Positions 53,339 to 64,000 of a stretch of DNA of 64,000 bases are shown here, in pieces. Origin of the DNA: Camelus ferus. Lineage: Eukaryota. Location of the stretch: contig NC_045696.1 in assembly GCF_009834535.1 (NCBI RefSeq), positions 29,700,001 to 29,764,000 of the forward strand. The letters run 5' to 3'. Below the pieces are notes generated by a model. That model saw nothing but the letters and a program-made list of their open reading frames with translations, did not search any database and was not told the DNA's origin. A program made the position numbers and the translations under genes. How positions within the stretch are numbered: the first letter of the stretch is position 1; each line of letters starts with the position of its first letter.

Positions 53339-53676
53339 AGATGGAAAGGTACATTTTTGAAACAATGTCATTATTAAATAACTTAATTTTTCAAGTGATG
53401 CTGGATGTCTTCTTCATTTGGTTCTGGGAGATATAAATGCACTCATATGTTAACAATCCAATTACATGTTAAATATGTGTTTAACCTAAACTCTTGCTAT
53501 AAACTGACAGAAATTCTGGCTAAGTTTTTAACTTTAAATTCTTATTACAAGTGGATCATTTCACTTTCCTGATAAAGATGTTTTTTCCTCAAGATGTACA
53601 AATATATTTTCAAATTTAAAGTAATGAACATCTATTATAAAATATTATGGAAGTTATAGAATATCTTCATTCTCCC

Positions 53677-54133
53677 TGTTATAGAATTATACACTCAAAC
53701 TTTTTACCAAGTAACTTTTTATTATCTCCTACTAGGATAGGTGGAGTATATTTTCCCACCACACTGATGTTGGGCTTGGCCATGTGACCTGCTGTGGCTG
53801 ATGGAATATGAGCAGCTATAACATGAGCTGTGGTTTTGAACGTACCAGTGTGGGTAAGCTTGAGCTCTTGGGCTTCTGCTGTCCACCATGAGAAGAATAT
53901 GCCCCGAGTATTCTCTGGTCCCAGAGGGATGAAGACAGACGGAGCAGAGTTGAACTTAACTTTCTGGAGTCTAATCCAGCCTTACTGAGTTCTGGTGAGC
54001 CCAGCTGAGATCTGTGGATTTGCAGCCAAACCATACATTGATGAGTGAGAAGACAGTTGTTTGTTTTTGTAAGTCACTGAGATTTTGAAGTTGTGTGTTA
54101 TCTAGTATAACTGTAGCTGCCATTGACTCATAC
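53677..54133 (+). mobile_element. MaLR LTR (MLT1H-like)
   Basis: tgatgttgggcttggccatgtgacctgctgtggctgatggaat...aagtcactgagattttgaagttgtgtgtta. Confidence 0.8.
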
Positions 54134-57100
54134 ATATATTATTTTATAATATTTTGATAGTTATGTTTCTCAAATAATGATAAGAAATAAATGGAATATT
54201 AAGACCATGAGGTTTATTATAATAAATTAAATATTAATTAAAATTCCAATATAAATATGTCTCAGTAATGGTAATAAGATTTTGGTAACTAAAAATATAG
54301 TCTTTTTTGGAAACCACTTTTAGTCTCATTAGGCCCTCATGAAAGCTCAAACTGAAAAGATTAGGCTACATAGTTTTTATATTGGAAAGCTGTAAATCAT
54401 TTGAAAGTTCTATTCCTCAAACTAACATTTTATAGTTTCCCTTCTTATCTTAAAACATATTAAAATTTTCTTGTCTATTTAGATCATTCATCAGCTATAC
54501 ATTGTAATAATTTCTTTATAGTTTAGTTATTAGGAACCATGATGCTGGACATGAATTACCTTTGTTCTAATGGGGACTTGCTTAGAACAAGTGGCCAAAA
54601 GATGTAAATATACATAAAAGTTTTGTAACTTGAAGACTATGTACAAGTGTTGGCACAAAAAAGTTCCAGTGCCATATGAGGATATGCTTATGAATCATAG
54701 ACTCAGTTGAATAAATTCCTCAACTTTAATGGATGGCCTATACTATTCAAATAAGCTCATCTAAAAAAATTAGAATGAATATATATATGAAAAAATATAC
54801 ATATATATAAAGTTGTGTAATTGTAGAGTGAATATTTCCATTTCAAATGTCAGAGACATCTTGTCAAAAGCCAAGAACTGTGAGTAAGTGGATGAAAATA
54901 CTTGGCTTCATAAACAAGTTGGCCTATTTTATTTGCCCTACATTTTTAGAAAGGCAATTTCCTGTTGCAGCAATTGTTAAACAATTAAAATATTATTTCA
55001 CAACAAAATGGGAAGAAATAGGGAATTAAGACTGTTTCTTTTTAATGAGACTAAAACCATTTTCTACATATTTGTCTATCAATGCATAATAGACCCATCA
55101 AATAGATGCTTTTTATGCAACTCTAATTTCTCAGTTTCAGGAAGAAAACAATTTTTGGTGGGGGGAAGAAAATATTTTTGAAAATAATATGTTCTTAGTG
55201 AGAGATTTTTCTTTAATAAAATTTTCACATTATAGTTGAGGTGTGATGTAGAACTGATTTAATAAAGGCTATATTTAGTTAGTTGGTTAATTCTTGGATG
55301 GAAAAAGAAATCATTATAGCTAGACATTTCTCTTTTTTAAGCATTTTTTTTTGATTTTGAATATCATAGTTACTTTTTTTCCAGGATCATAATAAGCTGC
55401 CTTTATCCATCCTTCAACGAAGCACAGATATTTATTTAATTTTGTAATTAGTTACACATATTTTTAAAAAGTAAAACTTTCACCACCTAAAACAACGTAA
55501 TTAGGAACAAGAAAGATAAACTCAACTAATGAACATAGAGTTGGAAATAGAATTCCAAAAAATTAAATGAACTCTTGCTTTGCATGTCAGTGGAAGTCTT
55601 TTGTTATTTTCTGGCAGGTATCTGGATAGACAGAAGCTTTCCCATGTATTGAAGGAACTGTGCAAAGCCCAATTAGTTCTTCAGCTTTACCAACGTCTGT
55701 TCTTTCCTGAGAAGTAATTCCGAACAATCCCTAAGCAAGCAGAAAGTTATTCACGTTATAAAATGTTTAGGAATACTTTAGCTTAGTTTTATTTTGGGCC
55801 TTTAAAGACAGACAGAGAATGTCACAAACACCAGTTTTAGACAAAGTATACAGTACACTAGGCCCGATGTTTCACCCACAATAAAAAGATCAACAGCCAA
55901 GGTAACGGAGAGGAACTGTATACAGAAAAGAGGAAGACAGAAGAGAAATAAAATATTAGAAGTGTATGAACGTGTGTACATTTTAGATTGCATGTAAATG
56001 TAACATTTAATTTATACAGTATATACCTGTTTGTGTTGTATTGTTTCAAGTATAATAGTCATCTCCTCAGCTATGGTGTAAACTCCTTGAAATAGACTTT
56101 GTGTTTTATAGTCCCTCTGTGTTTCTTAACACAGAGCTGAGCCTAATGCTAAGGACCCCAATAAATAATTATTGATAAATTCATGAAGATCATAATTCAA
56201 AATTTGATGGGACACTGTGATGTTAGAATGTTCATTGCAAACAACATAGCCATTAGGGATTCAAACTGAGGTGACATGCACAGCTTTTGGTCACCTCAAC
56301 ATTGTTTATTTCTAATTTTAAGATTGCATTCACTGCTATTGATTGAAATTTCTAAGACAATTTTCACTGAGTTTAAAAAATGTTTCTTGCTCATTTGAAT
56401 GTGTACATCTGTGTACTTCTCTTTGTTGTCTTCTCTTCCTTTGGTTTTGTGCAAAAAGAAAAGACACATTACATGCTCTTAACTGCTTTGCTTTCACCCA
56501 CACATCAAAATCCGATAAAGTGAGAAAGACTACCTTTTTTAACAATTCTTTTATCTTTACTCTCCAGCTAAAGTTTGAGAAGAAAGAACTATTGAAATTC
56601 AATAAAGAATTATGAGAATCCCAGACTTCACTCCTCCTGATGCCACATAGGGAGAGAGGTAAGTCCAAGAAAGTCATAATGGCATATAGTTTTCATTACT
56701 ACATGACGTTTCGAAGTTAGGGGAGGAAGGCGATACTAAGGGTATATCCTCTTTCAAATCCAGATCTTGCCATAAACTTTCAAACAATAATATGGTTATG
56801 GAAGAACTATGCTGTCTCTATGGACCCCAGTGTATTTATAGGAAAATTCCTAGAAAACCATTGATTTTCAATTCTGTGTATTTAAGTGGCTTACCTTTGT
56901 TTTAGACATAGGTAATTGAGTCAGCTTATGTCAGATTACTTCCATGGAGTTGAGTAGGTGTTAGAACCCATCTCACTTCACTTGGGGCCTGTGGTGGGAG
57001 CTGTAATGCCCTTTTGAGACAAAGAAGGTGACTTAAGCTATGCTTTCTAAGTTGTGAATTATTTTTATACAATCTTGTGATACAGAGTATAATCTTTAAA

Positions 57101-57662
57101 AAGAGAGTAATGATCTTCACTAAACAAAATTATCTGGGAGGGTTACTGGAGAAGGGTATCTGGCGATTGTGTTGTTGATTATATATGATTCTAATTCAGG
57201 GGTTATTGCTTTGAGAAAATTACTGCTAACTGTCCCTGGACAAAGATCTTCTGTGTCACTAATCATTAAAGCTACCATGATTTGAGTACCTAATAAGTGG
57301 CATATTAACTAACATTCTTGTTTATATGTGAATTTCGCGTGGCTTATTTTTTGGCTCATTGGACATAGGTCAGTGAAAAGTGAGCATAGTTAGCACTAGG
57401 GAGCTTTCCACACTTCATGTCTTTAAGCTCAATGAATCACTCTAACATCCCAACTGGCATTGCACTATTTATACCGTCTAATCGGGAATATAATTTCACA
57501 ACATCGAGTTTGCAGCACAACCATAGCATTGCAATTTAGCACACATTTTGTTAATGTGCTTTGTATCCTGTTAAAGTCTCATCTTTGCAGCCTAGTGCCA
57601 TATGTTACTGGTCTGGAGTAAACCTCCTAGGCAAGAGGAAATAAAAAGGAGTAAAATTACAG

Positions 57663-58250
57663 TGTGACATGTGCTATTGGTTACTTACCAACAAACAGTC
57701 CTTTCTTCTTCTTTCCTAATCAAACCTTAATTTTGTTCAAGTTTGGGAAAAATGTGCTCAGGGAAGATGAGCCCCACTTCCAGCCAAGGGTAGAAAACAT
57801 GAAGGATATAGGTCCCAATTTTGTTACCTTTTCACCAGAGATTCTTTTGGAATTTGTATGTAATTCAGCTCTGGCCAATAGGACCTGAAAGAAAGTCTGT
57901 TGCAAGGCTTCTGTGAAAGATTTCTTCCTGATAAGAGAAATATGCTTGAGGAGAGAACACCTCAGTCCCCTTCCCTTGCCAGCCTTTGGATGTTGTTATG
58001 AGAATTTAACACATAGGGTTTTGCTGCTGCCTAGAGGCTAGGGATAGAGAGATTGATGACATGCAGAGCACGGCAAAGACGAGGGTAAGAAAGAGCTTAG
58101 GTCCTTTAAGGCATTGTTAGGCTGCCAAGCCAATTCTTAGATCTACTTCTCTCTGGACTTCTTGCTGAATGTCATAGTAAGTGTCCTTATTGTTTAAGTC
58201 ACATTTAGCAGGGTCTTCTGTTACTTACAGACAAAAGCATCCTCACTGAT
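57663..58250 (+). mobile_element. Ancient MaLR LTR (MLT1K/L-like)
   Basis: ctggccaataggacctgaa...ggcttctgtgaaagatttc...cttattgtttaagtcac...tctgttactt. Confidence 0.7.
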
Positions 58251-59497
58251 AAAAAAAAGTTAGTTAAAAGAATGCGGTTCATACCAGTGTGGTTGTTTCT
58301 CTCACAGGCAAAGGCAAGGCAAAGAAAAGAAAGGGCATTGCTGGTTTACTAATGAGCTTTTTGTAGAAATGGTAGTTTAGAGCTTGAAATGCATTTCCCC
58401 CATAGAGATGTTATAAATGGTGTCCAGGTTCCCAAAGTAAGTCCATAAAGCCTATTTAATCCAATAATGCCACAAAATCTGTACAGTCTAGTGGAATTGA
58501 ATCACCTTGAAAAACAAGGTTTCCTTTGGGACAAAAATGAATTCAAAGGAAAAAAAGAATTTCAGAGATTCAGCTTGGCAAAACAGAAAGTCATCACCCC
58601 AATAGCAATAAAACTGAAGATGTTCCTCTTCTTAAGGACTGGGCAGTAGGAACAGTTATTAACCTATATCCCAAAAGGCAATGGTAATAACCTGTTGCCT
58701 GGGAGTCAGCCTGAGAAAAGTCAAAGGGTACACAGTGATACAGGATCAGGATAGAAGCTTGGAAGGGGGAAGATTAAATGTTTTCTTTCCCCTCTACCCC
58801 CTACTTTCAGGGGTTTACCTGCCTATTTCTATTTCTGTACCACTACCTACTGTTTCTAGTAAAACAGTTCTCTTCCTCTCTTTTTCCTGAAGCATCTGTA
58901 ACTTGTGCCACATTGAGGAAGAACCCCCAGTGTTACGTAAATATCACTGCTTACCTAGTTTAGTTTATTCTGAACACCAATGCAATATTGGCCACTCCTT
59001 AAGGTATCTATATTTAAAAATAGCCATGAGGGGGTTATTAAACTTGGGATGAACTGGCAAGCTATTCTATTGATATTAAATTAATTTGTGCTTTGTTCTC
59101 ACCAGTAAAGTTGGAAGATGTAAAATGTCTTGTTGCTAGCTACCCCCTAGTACTTGGGAAGGTTGCCAGATTTTGTGTTCTGAGTTCTGACCCCCTTGCT
59201 ATGTGGAGTTTTTGACCACCTTTATGGGCAGAGCTCAGTTCTGAAGAGGTTAGGACCCCAAAGGCAGCTCCTATTCCCACTCTACTTTTTGTTGCTTTGT
59301 TTTCTCTTTAAGCCTAAACTTGTGCAGGGAAAAGGCAGACAAAATGGGAAGGAAAGAGACTTTCCAGGAGTTTTCTCAGAGGCTTCGGAGGTAAGTGAGG
59401 ATATGAGAGGCTTTTGTTGAATGATAGAAATCTGAGAATGTCAGAGTGGGGAATAAATTAATTCTTGTGATAAGTAATAAGATTAGTAAAATGGTTG

Positions 59498-59726
59498 CAG
59501 TTGAACCTTGGACAACATGGGAGCTAGGGGTGCTGACCCTCTGTGCAGTCAGAAATCTGAGTATAACTTATAATTGGCCCTCCCTATCCAGGATTCATAT
59601 CAGTGGTTCACATCTAAGAATTCAACCAGTGACCCATCACATAATATTATACTATTTACTATTGAAAAATATCCTTATATAAGTGGACCCACGCTGTTCA
59701 AACATGTGTTGTTCAATGGTCAACTA
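59498..59726 (+). mobile_element. TcMar-Tigger MITE (MER8-like)
   Basis: Terminal inverted repeats cagttgaaccttggacaaca and tgttgttcaatggtcaact. Confidence 0.85.
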
Positions 59727-60076
59727 TAATGAAACTATATACAGCTGACCACATATAAATTACACATAGAGGTTATGTATCTGATGTGTCTTTGAGGACC
59801 TCTCTGATTTTCCCAATTAATCACTGAGTCTTTGTGAATATGTACATGAGTTCTGGTATACCTCACTGAAGGTCTCCTTTACACATAACCCAATATCATG
59901 TGGGTTCCTTATAAACACCACTCCTTTGAGGATGAACACCATTTCTTTGAACACCACACTAGAGATTTTTTAATGGATGATAACCACAGGAAGTAAGAGG
60001 TGGGCATCAGGTAAATGGTTCCTCTTTTGCTATTTTAATATTCTTTTTCTTCACTTAGACCTTCACTTCTATCCCC

Positions 60077-60461
60077 TGTTACTGAGTTCATTCAGGCTGT
60101 TATAACCAAAATACCATAGACTGAATGGCTTATAAACAATAGAAATTTATTTCTCACAATTATGGAGGCTAGAAGTGAAGTGTGAGATCAGGGTGCCAGG
60201 ACTGGTGGTCGAGTTTGGGTAAGAGCCCTCTTCTGGGTTGCAGACTGCCAGCTTCTCCTCCTCGTGTCTTGTCTTGGACCAGAGGAAGCAAGCTTCCTCA
60301 TGACTCTTTTAAGGACACTAACCCTATTCATTAGGGCTCCACCCTCATGACCTCACTTAATCCTAATTACCCTCCAAAGGCCCACCTCCTCATACCATCG
60401 CATTAGAGGGTAGAGTTTTAACATACAATTTTGGAGGGACACAAACATTCAACATATAACA
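60077..60461 (-). mobile_element. MaLR solo LTR (MLT1A/B-like)
   Basis: aataccatagactgaatggcttataaacaatagaaatttatttctcaca...ggctccaccctcatgacct. Confidence 0.85.
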
Positions 60462-60796
60462 CCTTGTAATCCCAGGAATTATGTGTCCTCTGCCATAAAG
60501 AAAGAGACATGAGTTAGTTCAATAGACTTTAGAGAACTGATAAAAAAAAAAAAAGAGCTTTATATTACAGCTTACAGAATTATGCTTTATGCAAAAAGCT
60601 CAGGAAATACATTCTCATCAAGCTACATGAGAACAGACTAGGTTGGAGGAAGTTCCCTAATGAGGCTTCTCCAGGATTCCAGTTTCCTCTCAGGAAACGT
60701 ATTTGGATTTCCTGCTGGGATCAAGGGTCATCTGCCTGTCCAAAGTGGAGCCTGCAAGACCAGGGAAGCACTCATTGCGGGTTACCGAGTATAATA

Positions 60797-61380
60797 GTGT
60801 AATAGATTTCTATTGCTATGTAACAAATTGCTTCAGACTTAGTTGCTTAAAACAACACATATTTCTCCTTTCACAGTTTCTGTGGGTTGGGAGTCTGGGT
60901 AAGATTTAATGGGTCCTCTGTTTCATAAGTTTGCATTCAAGGTGTCCACCTGAATTCTCATTTGGGGAAGAATCCACTTTGAAGTTCATTTACCCTGTTG
61001 GCAGAATTCATTTTCTTATAGCTATATGACTGAGGCAGGCTTTGCTGGCTGTCATCTAGAGGCCATCCTCAGGTCCCAGAGGGTGTTTGTAGTCCCTAGA
61101 GGCCACTTCTAGATCCTTGCCACATAGACTTCCTCAACATGGCTGCTTACTTCATCAAGCCAGCAAGGAGACTTCCTCTCTTCAGTCTAAACCAGAATCT
61201 TGTGTAATATAATCATGGGAGTGACATCCTATCACCTTTGCCATATTCTGTTGGTTAGAATATGATACACGTATTCTAATATATACACTCAAGAAGGGGA
61301 GGTTACATAAAGACATGGACACAAGGAGACATCAGGAGGTAGAAACTACTTGTGGTCATATTAGGGTCTGTCCCCCACAC
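60797..61380 (-). mobile_element. MaLR solo LTR (MLT1E/F-like)
   Basis: ttagttgcttaaaacaacacatattt...aatcatgggagtgacatcctatcacctttgccatattct. Confidence 0.8.
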
Positions 61381-64000
61381 CAAGTTTCTTAAACCTTAAC
61401 CACCCCCTAAAACCCTGAAATAATTACCTCATATGACTGTGAAAATTCTCTTTAGCATTTCTCCTTGATCTGGGTTCTAGATTCAATTTCTTACTCTGTC
61501 ATTAGCATCATCTTGCACCATGATATTTCAACAATAAAATTCTAAGCAGTCTGTACACAAATATAAACTAGGCCAGTAAGACATTGGTCTTTCAAGGCCT
61601 TGATATGGCCCACAAGTCAGTGCTGCTTCTGAAAGCCAAATGGAAAGAGGAAATACCAGAAGGGTCCAATCAGTTCACTGTATAATTACTACCATAGAGT
61701 TACTATTGAACGTTCTTTGTTCTCCAGTGAAGGTGCATGAGATGGTTCAGATCTTTATGCAAACTATGCTGGTGCTCCATATTTGAGCCCTAAGCTTTCT
61801 GGAGTCATAGACCAGGATAATTATAGCCTTCCCTCCTTAAGGAATCCCACTGTGCCCAGGTCAACCATCCAGTCTCCTTCTTCCTCCCAGCAAATTCCCC
61901 TTAAGACCTCTGGGATGCCAGCAGAGTTTAGTCATGGCTCCCTCTCTCCACTGCACAGGTTTCCTTAATTTCCAGTCTCAGGGGAAAGTGGTTGAGATTT
62001 TGCTTCCTTCATTCACCAAGGGTTCCTTATGTAAATTGGTGCACCCACTTCTGAGATGCTGATTACCAAGAATTAGGTGCAGCTCTGCTAAGTCTAACAG
62101 AAGATTTGCTTAGTGAGGAATGACTTTATGCCTTACATTTGCATAACTGCACAGAGTAGAGAAGAATGGCTTTAAGATGACTTTTTTACCCCTGCCTAAA
62201 CAGAGAAGCAGCTGGTACTCTGCTCTGTAAAACAAATGAAAGCTCTGCCTCACCAGGCATTCCAGGCACCCCATTACACTGGTATTTTATTGTACACATC
62301 TTCAAAGCGGTCTTTAAGTACTGAGTCTTTATCAGTTGAATACGATGGAAGGTTTTAGTCTTCTCTGTTATGCTCTGCCAAATGCTGACTGGAATTGTGT
62401 GATTCTACAGTACTCTTCATTCCATCCCGGGAAATCTTTGTCTGCTTTCTTTATGCATGTTGTGACTATAGGAGTAGTGTTTTAAGGTCTCTTTTTTGGT
62501 AAAAGCCTAGACTAAAAACAACTGCCCCACTGGGGAGATACAGAGGCCATGGCATTTCCTATGTAGCATGTTAAACCGTTAAACTTTTCAGGTGTTACTG
62601 TTTAACTTTTTCACATAGTCCCAATATCTCATTTGTGTTACTCAAGCACATGGGACTTTTGCAATTTTTCTAGAGCCTTTAACAGCTAATAAGTACAAGA
62701 AAGTTAAGAAGTGGAAGTTAGGTAGAAATTTTTTCCTGCTTTGCTGTTTACTTATGCCTACTTTGCTTCCTACTTTGCTTTCTACTTATGCCTCTCCTTG
62801 AAAACCCATGGAGAAACAAATTTTAGAACTATTTTTCTCTATTTGAATCTATCTATGGAACATATGACCGTTAATGATAATTTTTGAATACTGAAGTTAG
62901 ATGAGTTTATATTTCAGAACAAATCTTGACTAATACCTTCTTGGGCATTTTATTACAGCAGAGGAAAAGATCTAGTATCTTGAGGTGAAGGAAAAAAAGG
63001 ATAGAAAAGTGGGACATGTCTGAGTTTGAGATACTATCTTTTCCCTGATAAGAACAGTGCATTAGAACTTAGGGACTAGGATGTGTCAAATGGACACAGT
63101 TCTTAATTGTGTCTTCCTTGCAAATGTTAACTCCCCTATTGTTGGGTGAACTTGGACATAAGTAACAGGAAGTGTTAGCTGAGAGAAGCAAAAAAGGAAA
63201 TCAAGAGAAAAATTCCAAAGCCACAATAGAGAGGAAAGGAAGGGATGAAATTTCCTGAAGGCACTGCTCTTCACAGATGACATAGCTATTTATATATAAG
63301 GCATACACACACATACACATGCTCATACATACCCATCTGAGACTGCCTAGGTATTATTTTGGCTGACACAGCTAATGCAACTCAAAGTGATCAGGGTTTT
63401 TAGTTACAGATGACAGAACTTTAGCTAATGAAAGCAGAAAGTGATTTATTAAAAGATAATGGTAGCTCCTAAATCACTGGGAGGGCTGAAAAAAGAGACT
63501 CAATGCTGAATATTATGACAACATCCAAAACCATATCAAGTACCCAGACAGCTGCTGCCTCTTCTGTGATCAGAAATATGCTGAATCAGGGAGCTGCTCT
63601 TATAAGTACTTGCTCCAGAATAGCCACATCTGTCAGAAACCATATTAGTAATATGGCAGATCAGTGATATGGATCTTATATTGCCTATTTTTCCATGTGA
63701 CTAAGTTCTAAATTAGGAACTTATGCCAGTATGCCTGGATGGGTAAAACTAAATCCTATCTTGAAGCTTAGTCACAAAGGAATCTGGGAAATATTTTTTT
63801 ATTCTCTTAGCATCTGCATGCTAAAAAATGGAAAAAGTGTTGCTCAAGACCCTGCTGTATTCTGCCACTCTACTAAACTTAGTAGAGTATCAAAGAATCC
63901 TTATTCAGAATGAAGAACAAATGACAACATTTAAGTAAAAAGACAACAACAAAACAAAACAAAACAAAGCAAGCTCCAAAGTGACCTCTCAGTATTCACA

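Noticed and set aside
62737..62793. Short repeated units (CTACTTTGCTT/CTTATGC) as a repeat-spacer array
   Set aside because: A degenerate minisatellite without unique spacers. No CRISPR-like array or prokaryotic gene is present in the window.
19600..64000. Numerous 60-113 aa ORFs upstream of GBE1 as genes or exons
   Set aside because: No recognisable homology or consistent splice structure. Many overlap repeats or start at non-ATG codons, as expected by chance.

Overview
AT-rich mammalian genomic DNA, probably camelid, judging by a Vic-1-like tRNA-Ala SINE. The only protein-coding feature is coding exon 1 of GBE1 (glycogen branching enzyme) on the minus strand at 18967-19118. It lies in a CpG island with a TATA box, GC box, HRE and a YY1/Kozak motif. 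Positions 1-18966 are GBE1 intron 1, with no exon 2 in the window, and about 19.3-64 kb is gene-free upstream DNA. Much of the rest is decayed interspersed repeats (L1, L2, MIR, MaLR LTRs, hAT and Tigger MITEs). Repeat family names are from memory of consensus sequences and their boundaries are approximate. The most striking object is a ~1-kb chimeric retrocopy in intron 1 (12695-13701). It joins the first 94 nt of U3 snoRNA to L1 3' sequence through what looks like a double template switch, has a doubled L1 3' end, and is bounded by a perfect 14-bp target-site duplication. Smaller observations are an inverted L1 pair, a ~95-bp dispersed duplication, a candidate HIF/NRF2/E-box intronic enhancer, a possible intronic polyadenylation read-through isoform, a SINE with a fold-back 5' end and a perfect 14-bp hairpin. 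I see no evidence of a new multi-gene system or a CRISPR array.
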